A DNA stretch of 64,000 nt from the NCBI GenBank assembly GCA_951406725.2, contig OX597818.1, positions 76,198,001 through 76,262,000 on the forward strand, given 5' to 3'. This DNA comes from Octopus vulgaris (lineage: Eukaryota). A program made the translations under genes and the position numbers. Each line of letters begins with the position of its first letter. Positions within the stretch are counted from its first letter, which is position 1. The notes beneath the pieces were generated by a model, which was not told the origin of the DNA, made no database searches, and saw only the letters and a program-made list of their open reading frames with translations. Positions 1 through 13,802 of the stretch are shown here, piece by piece.

Positions 1-2400
1 ATGAAGGACTGAAGAGAAGTAGGGGTCGGGGGGAGGTTAGATGAGGAGGGGGGAGAGGGGGGTTAGATTGGGAGGGGAGAGAGTTGAGACCAAATGGCGT
101 AAAAGAGCGAAGAGAGAAGATTAATTTCTGTTCACGGCGCAAACGGGAGCAGGGGAACGAGCCAGGTTGGGAGGTAGGGTCAGGGAAGGAGTTATGGACC
201 AAAAGGTCTCGTAGGTTATGGGCTCGTTTGAAGGAGGGGAGGGGTAGGTTAGGGAAGAGGTGTGAAGTAGACGGGTCGGACTGGAGATGCCGGAAAGCTC
301 GAAGAATGGTGCGTTGGAGAGGTAGGGTCGTGGGGTGGTAAGTGAGGGGAAAAGGGAGGCGGGAGACTACAGGGCGGGTTTGGGGAAAGAGAGCAGATGC
401 ACGGTCTACGGAACGTGCTCTGGCAAGGGCGGTGTGGATAGTGGTGAGGGGGTATCCATGTAGGATGAAGTGGTGAACCATACGTTGAGACTGAGTCTCA
501 TACAGAGCCTACGTAGACGGAGGAATTGGGAATAGGGGATGGAAAGCTTGGTGTGTTTTGGGTGGGAGGAAGAGAAGTTGAGGTATGAGTGTGAGTCTGT
601 GTGTTTTTAGTGATGGAGGTGGTAAGAGTGGAGTGATGAATGCTGACCGAAATGTCGAGGAAGGAGACAGAGGTGTTGGAGATAGTGGAGGTGAAGTGGA
701 GGGCTGGATGGAAGGATTGAACGAAAGAGAGGAAGGAATCTAGATCTTCAAGGGAGAGTGAGGTGGCACCGATAATGTCGTCAATGTAACGACCGTATAG
801 TTCAGGAGTGGGACCAGTGAAATTAGAGAATATTTGGGCCTCAACATAGCCAACGAACAGGTTCGCATAGTTGGGGCCCATTCGCGTTCCCATGGCCACT
901 CCCGAGAGATCTGTTGGTAGAACTCGCCCGTGAACGAGAAGCAGTTGAGAGTAAGGACAAGTTCGGCCAGACGAATGAGTGTGGAGGTGTCAGGTTCAGG
1001 GTTGGGGCGGAGGTAGAGAAAGTGTTGAAGTGCCCGCAGTCCTTCGTGGTGAGGGATAACGGTGTAGAGGCTCTGGATGTCCATAGTAAAAAGGATTTTG
1101 GAGGAGCCGGGAGGAAAGGAGAAAGAGTTGAAAAGCCGGAGAGCATGGTTGGTATCGTGGATGTGGGAGGGAAAAGACGCCACTAGGGGGGCAAGGACAC
1201 GGTCGAGGTATTTAGAGATGAGCTCCGTGGGGCAGTTACAGGCGGAGACGATGGGGCGGCCAGAGTTGTTGGGTTTGTGGATTTTGGGGAGGAAGTAAAT
1301 GGTGCTGGTGCGTGGGGTTCGCACAATTAGGTTGGATGCGGTGTGGGGGAGACGGGAGGACGAGATGCGGTCGTGGACAGTAGAGGATACCGTCTGTTGG
1401 TAGCTACGTGTGGGGTTAGAGGACAGAGGGGAGTAGAAGGAGGTGTCATTGAGTTGGCGGAGAGCCTCGGCCCTGTAGAGGTCCGCGCACCACACCACCA
1501 CAGCTCCACCCTTGTCAGCCGGTTTGATGATAATGTCAGCGCGCCGTTGGAGGGAACGAAGAGCCTAGAGCTCGGCCGGGGAGATGTTGAGGCGGCGGTG
1601 GCGCCTGGAGAAGTTGAACCGCTCCAACGCACGCTGACAGGCGCCTGTGAAAAGATCCACTGCTAGGAACTGGCCGGGGGCAGGCGTCCACGGGGATGGT
1701 CGGCGGCCCAGGTCAGTGTAACAGTCCTCATCGTTGGATGCGGGTGGTGAGTCGCGGAAATGCGCACCCAACCGGACGCGGCGTACAAAGCTGTGGACAT
1801 CAGCTCGCGTCTGGAATTCCTTACAGGATGGAGTGAGGGGGATGAAACGCAGACCCCTACTAAGGATGGAGCGTTCCGCCGCAGAGAGGGGAAGATCGGG
1901 GGGAATGGTAACAACAGACGGAAGTGGAGAAGGGGTGGGTGGAATAGAAGTATGAAGGGTGGATGGAATGGGAGTAGGAGTAGGAGGGGTGGTAGGGCTG
2001 GTGGAGGTCTGAGGGGGAGGGATTGGGGAGGTGTGTGGGGGTTGTTGGGAGGGGCAGTGGGGTTAGGTGTGGGTGGATGAAGCCTATCAGGAGGGGAGAA
2101 GGGTAGTGGAGGAGTTGGGGTGGTGGCGTCGGGTGTGGTGGAATTGAGGAGTGATTGGAGTTTACGAAGTTTGGTATTGGAAAGAAATTGATGGAAGAGG
2201 TGATTCAAATGGATAATGAAGCGTAGCGTGTTTGGAGCATAGAAAGGCGGCAGAGAGGAGAAAAATATGGAGAAAGCAGGAGGGAGAAGGCGGTTGATGG
2301 TATGTAGTTTAGAGACATTGGAGCGAATGGTGGCCCGCATAAGGCGGTAAAATATGGTGCGGAGTATGGGTAAGATGGAAGAAGCCGAGTGGAGAGCAGT
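1..2400 (-). mobile_element. Penelope-like retroelement (Neptune-like), frameshifted, endonuclease core deleted; 3' end runs out of the window
   Basis: Minus-strand frames give PLE RT motifs YFLPKIHK, GRPIVS, LFTMDIQSLYT, AMGTRMGPNYANLF, RYIDDI and FLDI. The C-terminus reads FKRAHNLRDLLVH...GSFPCSR-LRREQKLIFSLRSFTPFGLN. Several frameshifts. Confidence 0.9.
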
Positions 2401-3265
2401 GTTGCCATAGTAACGAAACTAAAACACGCAGAGTAAAGCTACTTAGCACACATTGACCTTAAACTCTGTTGTGCAGGTGCGCTAAGTTTTAACGTTCTAA
2501 TTAACTCCTGCTGTTTACAACAATGCTTGGGAGGAAGGTGTGTAACGTGTGATCGTCGCATTGACCATGACAAAGTTGAGCAGAGAATCTGCATCAAATT
2601 TTGCCAAAAGTTTGGCAATACCTGTTGAGAAGCTTACGCAAAGTTTTCAAAAAGTTTTCATTGTTCTCGACATAATCAAGGAAACCTTGTGCAACTGAAA
2701 CCCGAGTGTCTTTTTGGTAAGCTGAAAGCAGTTTTGGCACAAACTTTCCGGACACGCGTCTCATACCCAAATCTTCAGTGATAAAGGATTGAACTGAACT
2801 GTAACTAATCTGCACATCCTCTGATAACTCACGGATGTTAATTCGACGATTTCCCTTCACAGCTGCACGCACATCAGCGATGTTTTTCTCAGTTCTGCTG
2901 GTTGCTGTCTCCCAGAACGTTCGTCAATATCGACATTTTTTCGGCCATCTTAGAAACGTCGGAAACCACTCGTACACTTGTGTGCAGCTCATACACCCTT
3001 CTCCATACTCTTCCTGCAACTTTGTGTAGGCCTCTGAGCAGGTATCACCATGACAACTTTCTTTGTCATGGTCGATGCGACGATCACACGCCACACACCT
3101 TCCTTCCAAGCACTGCTGTGAACAGCAGAATTGATCTAGAATGTTAAAACTTAGTGCGCATGCACAGTAGAACTCAAAAACAATTTTTGCCGAGCGACTT
3201 TACTCTGCGTGCTTTAGCTTCGTTAGTATGGCAACAGTCGGGATACTTATTGATCAGACTTAGTA
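2398..3265 (-). mobile_element. Mariner-family deletion derivative with long (~240 bp) inverted ends
   Basis: Transposase N-terminal remnant (QVYEWF..., RRINIRELSEDVQISYSSVQSFITEDLGMRRVSGKFVPKLLS). 2400-2645 is an inverted copy of ~3018-3237. Right end ...TGATCAGACTTAGTA. Confidence 0.8.
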
Positions 3266-4391
3266 TGTATGTACATGTACTCTACATCAGTAAATAATTG
3301 ACATCCTTTGCTTAACAACCAAAACATCGAGATATATGTCTGCGTGTGAGTGTGTGTGTGTGTATGTGTGTGTATGTGTGTGTATGTGTGTATGTTTGTC
3401 TCTGTGTGAGTGTATGCATACATGTATATGTACGTATTATGTATGTGTATCTGTATAATCTTAATATATAAAAGTTATAAGGTAGGCGACCTTTTCTAAT
3501 AACTTTAATATATTTACAACGAAGAATATAACCATACAGAAGTATTTTGGTAAGGAGAGAGAGGGGGGGAGAGAGAAAGAGAAAGAGAGAGAGTATACCT
3601 TTTAAGTTATGGAAGGAAACTATTCCCACCAACCAGTCGTCATAATATGCATTGGTATTGACTGCCTATTTATCTATGTATGCATATAAATAGAGGAAAT
3701 TATTTTTGTATGTATAAAAAAACAAGAAATTGTTTCTGAATGTTTATTATCTATGGACGGAAATTGATTTTGTCAATTAAAAATCTTCAAACTCTTAAAA
3801 GACATCTCCATGTTAGATGTCTGTATGGTCTTTATTTAAATGACAGCAGGAAAAACAATAAAATGATTTTTCTTTTTCATGAATAATATAAATGTACAAT
3901 TCGTTTTATTCCACATCATACTATATACAGTTCAACTCACTTCTCTAAGATAGTTGTGTATACATGTATGAATATAAATATGTCTGATTAAGTGGTAAAG
4001 GTGGAAGAAAATAAATACGGCCTATTGTTTTCTGTATTCGTATTCACTGCATACTTAACGTCTTCTGCTCGTGTTTTATAGTCCTGTGTTAGTTTCGGAT
4101 ATTTGTTACCTGAAAATACAAATTTTACATGGTACAAACTTACTTGAATATCACAGTTTTCGTAGTATGAAGCGCCTTGAATATCACTAAGTAAATTTGA
4201 CCTGAACTACAAACATATTTTAATTTACTGGTAAAATTTTCGCTTTGGGCTACTCTTTAATATGAGTTTTTCTCATTTTTTTTTTTGAAAATTTGGAAAT
4301 TTTTAATGAAATTGAATTGGAAACCATGCTGCGCAGTAAACAGCGAAGTGCTCTAAATACCTGTAAAATTGGCCAGTTTATATCTCAAATG

Positions 4392-4830
4392 TTAGGTTCA
4401 AATTTTGGCACAAAGTCAGCAAGTACGTGGGCGGGATTACATCGACCCCAGCAGTTAACTGGTGCTTATTTTATCGACCCCGAAAGAATGAATGGCAAAG
4501 TCGTTCTCGAAGAAATTTGAACTCAGAACGTAAAGACTGACGAAATGCCGCTAAGCATTTTACCAGGCGTGCTAACGATTCTGCCAGCTCGCCACCTTTT
4601 GTCTCAAATATTAGTTTCAAGTTTTGGCATAAGGCCAGCAAGTTCGTAATCGAACGCTAGGGTCGATTACATCGGCCCTAGTGTTTAACTGGTACTTGTT
4701 TATCGACCCCGAAAGGATTAAAGGCGAAGTCGACCTTGGCGGAATTTTAATTCAGAATGTAAAGATGGACGAACTGCCAATAAGCATTTTACCCGGCATG
4801 CTAACGATTCTGTCGGTTCGTAGTCCTTTT
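4392..4830 (-). mobile_element. Two tandem copies of octopus-type SINE family A
   Basis: Reverse complement of the GGCGAGCTGGCAGAATCGTTAGCAC...GGGGTCGATAAA...GGGGTCGATGTAATC pattern seen at 29219, 32790 and 54121. Confidence 0.8.
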
Positions 4831-6887
4831 CGTCTCAAATATTAAGAAATATCCGAATCCAGGTTAAAGTTAGCTGGATTGCAGCTCGAACAGCACTGTT
4901 TCTTCCATGGGTAGCTCTGTGAGAAGACTAAACAATCCTTGCCTAAACGCAATAAATGAGGAAAAATACCTTGTTTCTCACAAAGTCTTTAATTCATAAT
5001 GAGCCGTTCTTTGTAAATTTATATTTTTAAATTCCTATATTTTACGAATGCCGAATAACTGAAGGAGATGGTTTTAAACAATACTTATATATTTTGGGAA
5101 ACATAGATATATTAATTTCCTCTGCTGTTTACAAGTGTTTGTGCCTAAAACAGTTAAAAGTTCTTACTTCTATCGAGGAAGATTAAACAGAACATTCTTT
5201 TAAGCTACTATTCTTGAAAGACCCGAACGGTAAAAGATTCCAGGATTTCTGAATCGGAGGAAAAGGCTCAAAATGCTGTCAATGAATCACAAAAGGAGTG
5301 CAATAACTAAGGATTATGGATCAGAATAACAAAGAACAAAAAAGCAACAGAAATAAAATGAAAAATGTCAAGAAGAAAGATGGAATTGCCTTCAAGAAAC
5401 CAAGAATCACTTCTTTGAACAACTAGAGGTGGAGAATAGCAAGTTAAAAGAAAAAGCAGACTTCGAATATAAAACTTAGATTATGGAACTTATCCAGTTG
5501 GATTATGTCCAAATGCAATGGTAAAAGTTACTGCTCCCTTTCCCCTTCTTTCTTCTCTTCTTTCTCCTCTTCTTCCTTCTCTCCCTCCTCCTTCATATTT
5601 TCCTCTTCTTTATTTTAGTCTTTCTATCTATTTTACTTATCCTTTTCTTTGTATTTATCTGTCTTCTCTCTCGTCTGATTCTTTACTCTTTCCTCCTTTT
5701 CTTGCTCTTGTTCCGATTCTTCAAGTATTATAACCATTGCTCTTGTTCTTACCTTTCCTTGGTCCCTATATTATCAATCTCCATTTTGTTTTCTTTCTTC
5801 CCGATTTTTTTTGTCCTTTGACTACACGCATCTAAACAAATAGAAGCAGCCATGATTTTACCTTTTCAAGTCATGAGAGGATACCACAACGGATTATATT
5901 TGCGGTGATATGCTTCTGAGACTGACCGATCGTATTTCTCAAGAATTATGTCTCCTCTATAAAACTCATGCCTAACAATTGGAATGTCAATCTCACTGCT
6001 TAAGCAATTGTTGAATGGAAAAGCAGCAGAATCATAAGACTTCTTTTCTGTACCAAGATACAACTCTTGCTTTGAAATGATTTCTTTTATTATAAGATAC
6101 CGGGATCGATAAAGGAGGATGGTTGCCACATTTAAAATACAGGGCAGATTTATCACCACTCAAAGTAATATTATCCATTTCCGACTGCTAATCACATATA
6201 CTTGCAGAAAACGTAATGCGTCGCAGACGAGAATAAAGAAGGGAAACTGTAACACCATTCTTAGTGTTTTGGAGAAATTTCTATTTGATATTCAGAGCAA
6301 GTCATATCAAAATAGTGACTATGCAATGAAAACATGAATGGAACTGACAGTGAAGTTTTAGAGAACATGAACATGGTTTTAATGCGATTAATTTTGTAGT
6401 TGCCTTTCCAATTTTTGGACAAGTGCTTCATAAAAAGACAAAAATACAGAAACGTGAAGAGGTTCTCTTCAGTTTCATTTGGCAATGATCAAACATCAGC
6501 TAACAATTTATTGCCTGAAATAATTACAAATACCACCTCAGTGTGGACATTAGGCTCAAGATGTACATGAGATGGTGGCAAAAGTACACCCAAATATCCA
6601 TCTCAGCTTCAACGATGGTAAATAGATTCAAGAAAGAATTAAATAACCATGATAAATGAAACAGTAAATGATATTGATTTTATGTTTTTGGATCTTGAAA
6701 GTCTATAATATATAAACTCTGTGGAAAATTCCTCTGAATTGCCGAATTATCACATCAAGCTTTTTAATATTCATCGAATCTTTCTGGAATCTTTCGGCTA
6801 ATCTTGAAGAAAAGAGCCCTCACAATTATTCTTAGAAACCTACAAGCTCATCGAGTTGGCAATGGCACTCACTATATGAAAAAGATA

Positions 6888-7095
6888 AATGCGGCGAACT
6901 GTCAGAATCGTTAGCCTGCTGAACAAAAAGTTTAGCGACATTTCGTCCATCTGTACGTTCAGAATTCAAATTCCACCGAGGAATTTCATCCTTTCGGGCT
7001 CGATAAAATAAATACCAGTTGGGCACTTGGGTTCATATAACCAACTAACCACCTCCCCCTAAATTGCTGGCCTTGTGTCAAAATTTCAAATCAAT
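6888..7095 (+). mobile_element. SINE family A copy
   Basis: GCGGCGAACTGTCAGAATCGTTAGC...TTCAAATTCC...GCTGGCCTTGTGTCAAAATTT, shared with other copies. Confidence 0.75.
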
Positions 7096-7759
7096 ATATA
7101 AGGAAAATACTTCCACACGTCATAAAGGCAATGATGTTGACAAGTTATGCTAAGAGGAAATATGTCCTCATTCCAAGAGTTCCCTTGATCCCAACGGACG
7201 TGTCCTTCGAAGTTTAAACCACTTCAGCTTCCATTACCCCATTCAATTACAATGAACATCAAAATGGCACAAGGACAAAGTTTTTGAGTTGCTTGGAATC
7301 AATTTGAAATTACATTATTTTCTCCATAGACGTTGCTTCTTCAAGCGTTCAGAAAAGCAGAAATTTGTTCATTTTAGCTCCCGGCAGAAAAATTAAGAAT
7401 ATTATACAGCCCAAAGCACTGCAACAGAAATTAGAAAATGTTACTGATTATAAAATTAATTTATTTAGATTAATTATGTAATTACAGATTTTTTAAAAAT
7501 CATTTTTTCCTAAAAAAATTTTAAGAGTACTATTATATTTCACGTTCTATATTCATTTTTTAAAATTTTGTGTATATTTATGAAGCTCAAATCGAACTAT
7601 CTGATTTGCTTGGATGCAAAAATTCCAAGAGAATCATCATCCCAGAAAAACAAAGATGGTCAACAACTTATTAAAACAATTTATCCAAACTATCATGAAA
7701 TCATATTATTGAAATAATTTTATATATATTATATACGTGGTAGATAATATCATATTATA

Positions 7760-8082
7760 TTGGTTTCAAATGTTGGCACAAGGCCAGCAATTTTTCGGGA
7801 CGGGGTGAGCCGATTACATCTACTCCAGGGCTCAACTCCGAAAGGATAAGTCGCTTTTATCGACTAAACCTTTCAAGCGGTGCCCCAGCATGGCCGCAGT
7901 CCAATGACCGAGACAAGTAAAAGAATATATATATATATATATCCTTTACTTGCTTCAGTCATTAGATTGCGGCCATGCTGGGGCACCGCCTTGAAGAATT
8001 TTAGACGAGTGGATCGACTCCAGTACTTCCTATTTCTTTGCAAAGCCTGATACTTATTCTATCGGTCTCTTTTGCTGAATTA
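7760..8082. mobile_element. Cluster of SINE fragments in both orientations
   Basis: GCGGTGCCCCAGCATGGCCGCAGTC and its inverse flank a (TA)n tract and match the 3' part of SINE family B. A family A tail fragment lies upstream. Confidence 0.65.
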
Positions 8083-8537
8083 ATAATACACACACACACA
8101 CACACAAACAAACACACACACACACAGACACACAGACACACAGACACAGATACAGACACACACACACACACACACGCACACACACACACATATATATATA
8201 CACACATATATATAAATGCGCGCGTATGTGTGCAATCAAGCATCCTTAATTTCAGATTAGTTTGTGCATGTTTTTCTTGCTGTAAAACTCCAGGTCTGAT
8301 CTGAAACCATTAGACCTATGCTCGACTTAGGTGCATCTATCCCTCGTTAACTCTGACAAAATGTATGTTGGACTACATTATTTAACATGCTACTTTTGTA
8401 TTGCCATTCTGTAACCTCAGAGTAGTCCTGATCCATCATAGTTAATATTCAAAAGTGTTCTAACCATCAGTAGGCAGCCTTACAACCACATACTGGGTGA
8501 TTTGGACTGCATTATTTAATATTTATTATATATAACG

Positions 8538-8945
8538 TTGTGAGCTGTTAGAATCATTAGCACGCCGGGCAAAATGCTTAGCGGCATTTCGTCTTTACTT
8601 TCTTTACGGTCTTTACGTTCTGAGTTCAAAATCCGCCGATGTCCACTTTGCTTTTCATCCTTTCGGGGGTCCATAAAATAAATTCCAGTTGAGCACTGGG
8701 GTCGATGTAATCAACTTTTCTTCTCCCACGAAATTGCTGAGCTTCTGCCAAAATGTGAATTCATTTTTTACTAATTATCTAAGTACGGTTGCAGAACGGC
8801 CGAATGGTTAAGTATTCCGCTTCGCAGCCATAAGAGCCCAAGTTCGATCTATCTGCGTAATATCATGAGTAAATGTCATTTAGTGTAGCCCCATATTTTG
8901 TAAATGAAACAGGATAGACGAAAACTACGTTGAAGCCCGTCAGAT
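8538..8945 (+). mobile_element. SINE family A copy followed by a degenerate tRNA-head SINE
   Basis: GAGCTGTTAGAATCATTAGCACGCCGGGCAAAATGCTTAGCGG..., then GGCCGAATGGTTAAG...AGTTCGATC (A/B-box-like). Confidence 0.7.
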
Positions 8946-9102
8946 GTGTTGTACTTTTCCTTTCAAAAAGTGCAGCTTGTGCCACACTGACACGGCCTCG
9001 GAACTGCATTAAGGAATACTCAACCACTTACACGTTAGTTCAATGAGTAGGTAATTCATTGGATCAGATAACAGAATCCTCATCGTCGATATCAGTGGAG
9101 AA

Positions 9103-9798
9103 CCAGCCAGCCAGCCAGCCAACGAACGAACGAACGAACGAACGAACCAACCAACGAAACAACCAACCAACAAAACAACCAAAAAACCAACCAACCAAAC
9201 AACCAGCTGCCCGACCGACCAGCCAGCCAGCCAGCCAACCAGCAAACCGAACAGCCCAGCCAGCAAACCGACAGACCGACCGACCGACCGACCGACCGAC
9301 CGACCGACCGACCGACGGCCCGCCCGACCGACCGACCGACCGACCGACCGACCGACCGACCGACCAGCCAGCCAGCCAACCAACCAACCAACCAACCAAC
9401 CAACCAACCAACCAACCAACCAACCAACCAACCAACCAACCAACCAACCAGCCAGCCAACCAGCCAGCCAGCCAGCTAGCAAGCCAGCTAGCCGATTATC
9501 CCTGTATGTATGTATGTATGTATGTATGTATGTATGTATGTATGTATGTATGTATGTATGTATGTATGATGATGATGAATGCAACAACAGCGGCAATAAT
9601 GAGAAAATTTATGATCATGACGATGATGATGATTATAATGCTGATGATAATGATGATGACAACGATGATATTGACGACAATGATGACGAGGGTAATGACG
9701 ACGTTGATGATGGCGATGATGTAATGAACATGATGAAGATGATGATGACGATGATGATGATGACGATAATGATGATGATGATGACGATCATGACGATC

Positions 9799-9845
<47 letters not shown>

Positions 9846-9925
9846 GATGACGATCATGACGATCATGATGATGATGATGATGACGATGATGATGATGATG
9901 ATGATAATGATGGTGAGTGTTACGA

Positions 9926-9958
<33 letters not shown>

Positions 9959-9984
9959 CGATGATGATGATGATGATGACGATC

Positions 9985-10031
<47 letters not shown>

Positions 10032-10050
10032 GATGACGATCATGACGATC

Positions 10051-10098
<48 letters not shown>

Positions 10099-10290
10099 GT
10101 AATGGTGACGATAATGATGATGATGACGATGACAACGGTAATGACGACAATGATGACGACGACGCAGAACATGATAACAATGATGATAACGACGACGACG
10201 AAGACGACGATGATATTGGCGATGATAATGACAATGATCATAACGACGATAATGACTATGATGATGATGACGATGATGGTGACGATACTT
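9103..10290. repeat. Compound microsatellite: (CCAG)/(AACG)/(AACC)/(CCGA)n, (TATG)n and a long degenerate (GAT)n
   Basis: Seen directly. It accounts for the low-complexity ORFs at 9009-10442. Confidence 0.95.
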
Positions 10291-10802
10291 ATATTTGCGC
10301 TGTATTTGCTGTTGCTGCAGTTGTTGCTGGTCTGTTGATCACCGCTGTGACTGCTGCCAGCGGTTCTACTTGCTGTCGTCGTAGTCGTCGTCGTCACTGT
10401 CGTTGCTGTTGTTATTGTTTTTGAAGATGTTATTGCTGTCATCGTTATGTGTTAACGATGTTTGTTTTTGCCACATGTTACTCCATGTGACAGCCGAGCG
10501 TTGGTAACCAGCTCGGCTGGTTTGACTGATGACGTCAAAACAAGGTTTGACGTCATCACAGCTCTGCTGAGAAGGTAGGCATATGTTGACGTGTTGCCAG
10601 TGCGCAGCAGCACTGATGCGCAAGTACTTCCTTGTATTCACATCCTACCACGTTTTCCATTATTGAAAACAAAGAGAAATATGGATGTATGCATACATGA
10701 ACATACATACATGCATGTATACTCACACGCACATACACATATGCATACAGTCATATTTCATATTTATGCATGAATGTGTGTGTGTATATATATGTATGTA
10801 TG

Positions 10803-10833
<31 letters not shown>

Positions 10834-10900
10834 GTATGTATGTAAATGTGTGTGTGTATGTCTATATACATACATGTCTATATATATATGTATATATATA

Positions 10901-10987
<87 letters not shown>

Positions 10988-11027
10988 GTACATCTATACA
11001 TACACATATATGTGTGTATATATATAA

Positions 11028-11166
11028 GCATGTGGTAAGAAGCTTGCTTTCCAACCACATGGTTCCGGGTTCAGTTCCACTGCATGGCACCTTGCGCATG
11101 TGTTTTCCATAGCCTCGGGCTGACAAAAGCCTTGTGATTTGGTAGATGGAAACTGAAAGAAGCCTG

Positions 11167-11170
<4 letters not shown>
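11028..11170 (+). mobile_element. tRNA-derived SINE family B, 5' part
   Basis: TGTGGTAAGAAGCTTGCTTTCCAACCACATGGTTCCGGGTTCAGTTCCACTGC (A/B-box-like), matching the 23875-24274 copy. Confidence 0.8.
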
Positions 11171-11213
<43 letters not shown>

Positions 11214-11225
11214 TATATATATATC

Positions 11226-11489
11226 GATTTTGTATTTGGTTCGCAAGATTCTTTATGTAAATTCGTGTGTTGAAGCATATTTTATTGTGCCAGGGGAGAA
11301 TCATTCTCTTTTAGTGCCTTATTATTTAACACACTCACCGATTCGATTTCCACTCATTTACTTATTTATTTATTCTAAAATTTTCGTTGCCTCTTGCAAC
11401 CTTTTCAATAGCTGTTGACTCTGTCCGTTATTAGAGCTGCGCTCTTTTTGGTTGTCTGTGCTCATGTGTCAATGTGCATGTGTATACAC

Positions 11490-11520
<31 letters not shown>

Positions 11521-11715
11521 TGTATGTATGTATGTATGTATGTATGTATGTATGTATGTATGTATTCTCCATACTCATGTGTTCGTTTGTTCACGTTTGT
11601 GTCTTTGTATGTGTCTGTGTGTGTATTTGTGTCTCCTCGTGTGTGCTTGTTTGTCCGTATTACCTATGTACCTGTCTATGTTTATCTATCTATTTACCTA
11701 CATATCCATTTCCCC
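11226..11715 (-). mobile_element. Solo copy of the 5' module of the PLE at 13870-17420
   Basis: Clearly similar to 17200-17420 and, inverted, to 17805-18230. Confidence 0.65.
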
Positions 11716-11725
11716 CCATTTTTAT

Positions 11726-11762
<37 letters not shown>

Positions 11763-11773
11763 CATATACATAC

Positions 11774-11849
<76 letters not shown>

Positions 11850-11852
<3 letters not shown>

Positions 11853-13802
11853 CATTATATAAAAGGGCTTAGTAAAATAAATTACTTTGCCGCATACTGA
11901 ACTCATTAGAAATAGCAGCTAAAAAACTTTTTTAAAGCTATTTCTAATACTTAAAGAAAATCTCTCTCATATATAGTGTTTGCTTGATTCAACTCACAAA
12001 AGTTTGGGGGTAAGGACATTAAAAAATCAAATGCTAAGGTTATTTGAGAACGTACGTTTCAAGATTAGTCAAAACAACATTTCTATCTTCAGCTCAGAAA
12101 CTCCTTGGTTTGGATTTGGAAACACTGAAAGTAAGAACATACCCTTTCGAAGATCCGCTCGTAACTAACAGTGCCAACAAACCCAAATAAGCAAGTGAAG
12201 AATTTCTGTTCTCCCCTTTCCACCAGCATGGGTTAAAATCATCAAACGCTATGCTTATTTCGGTAAAATCCGAAGCATTAATTAGAGGGAGATTAATTAT
12301 AATTTCAACAATTGAGGGTAAAATTAATTAATTATTAATCAATTTCACCAAGTGTTCAGTATGCAAAGGGACCATTTAAGGCGAATTCAAATTATTACAT
12401 TATATAAAAGGGCTTAGTAAAATAAATTACTTTGCCGCATACTGAACTCATTAGAAATAGCAGCTAAAAAACTTTTTTAAAGCTATTTCTAATACTTAAA
12501 GAAAATCTCTCTCATATATAGTGTTTGCTTGATTCAACTCACAAAAGTTTGGGGGTAAGGACATTAAAAAATCAAATGCTAAGGTTATTTGAGAACGTAC
12601 GTTTCAAGATTAGTCAAAACAACATTTCTATCTTCAGCTCAGAAACTCCTTGGTTTGGATTTGGAAACACTGAAAGTAAGAACATACCCTTTCGAAGATC
12701 CGCTCGTAACTAACAGTGCCAACAAACCCAAATAAGCAAGTGAAGAATTTCTGTTCTCCCCTTTCCACCAGCATGGGTTAAAATCATCAAACGCTATGCT
12801 TATTTCGGTAAAATCCGAAGCATTAATTAGAGGGAGATTAATTATAATTTCAACAATTGAGGGTAAAATTAATTAATTATTAATCAATTTCACCAAGTGT
12901 TCAGTATGCAAAGGGACCATTTAAGGCGAATTCAAATTATTACATTATATAAAAGGGCTTAGTAAAATAAATTACTTTGCCGCATACTGAACTTTTTAAT
13001 GTCCTTACCCCCAAACTTTTGTGAGTTGAATCAAGCAAACACTATATATGAGAGAGATTTTCTTTAAGTATTAGAAATAGCTTTAAAAAAGTTTTTTAGC
13101 TGCTATTTCTAATGAGTTCAGTATGCGGCAAAGTAATTTATTTTACTAAGCCCTTTTATATAATGTAATAATTTGAATTCGCCTTAAATGGTCCCTTTGC
13201 ATACTGAACACTTGGTGAAATTGATTAATAATTAATTAATTTTACCCTCAATTGTTGAAATTATAATTAATCTCCCTCTAATTAATGCTTCGGATTTTAC
13301 CGAAATAAGCATAGCGTTTGATGATTTTAACCCATGCTGGTGGAAAGGGGAGAACAGAAATTCTTCACTTGCTTATTTGGGTTTGTTGGCACTGTTAGTT
13401 ACGAGCGGATCTTCGAAAGGGTATGTTCTTACTTTCAGTGTTTCCAAATCCAAACCAAGGAGTTTCTGAGCTGAAGATAGAAATGTTGTTTTGACTAATC
13501 TTGAAACGTACGTTCTCAAATAACCTTAGCATTTGATTTTTTAATGTCCTTACCCCCAAACTTTTGTGAGTTGAATCAAGCAAACACTATATATGAGAGA
13601 GATTTTCTTTAAGTATTAGAAATAGCTTTAAAAAAGTTTTTTAGCTGCTATTTCTAATGAGTTCAGTATGCGGCAAAGTAATTTATTTTACTAAGCCCTT
13701 TTATATAATGTAATAATTTGAATTCGCCTTAAATGGTCCCTTTGCATACTGAACACTTGGTGAAATTGATTAATAATTAATTAATTTTACCCTCAATTGT
13801 TG

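Noticed and set aside
4900-7700. Possible host exons or an old retroelement (similarly 25700-28300 and 59800-61200)
   Set aside because: No convincing ORF, motif or splice pattern could be read by eye, so it is left unannotated.
10526-10558. CTGATGA followed by a hairpin as a hammerhead
   Set aside because: There is no GAAA after the stem. It is better explained as paired CRE sites.
11980-13583. Thrice-repeated 62-aa ORF as a gene
   Set aside because: It has a TTG start, no motif, lies antisense to the hammerhead, and recurs only because the unit is repeated.
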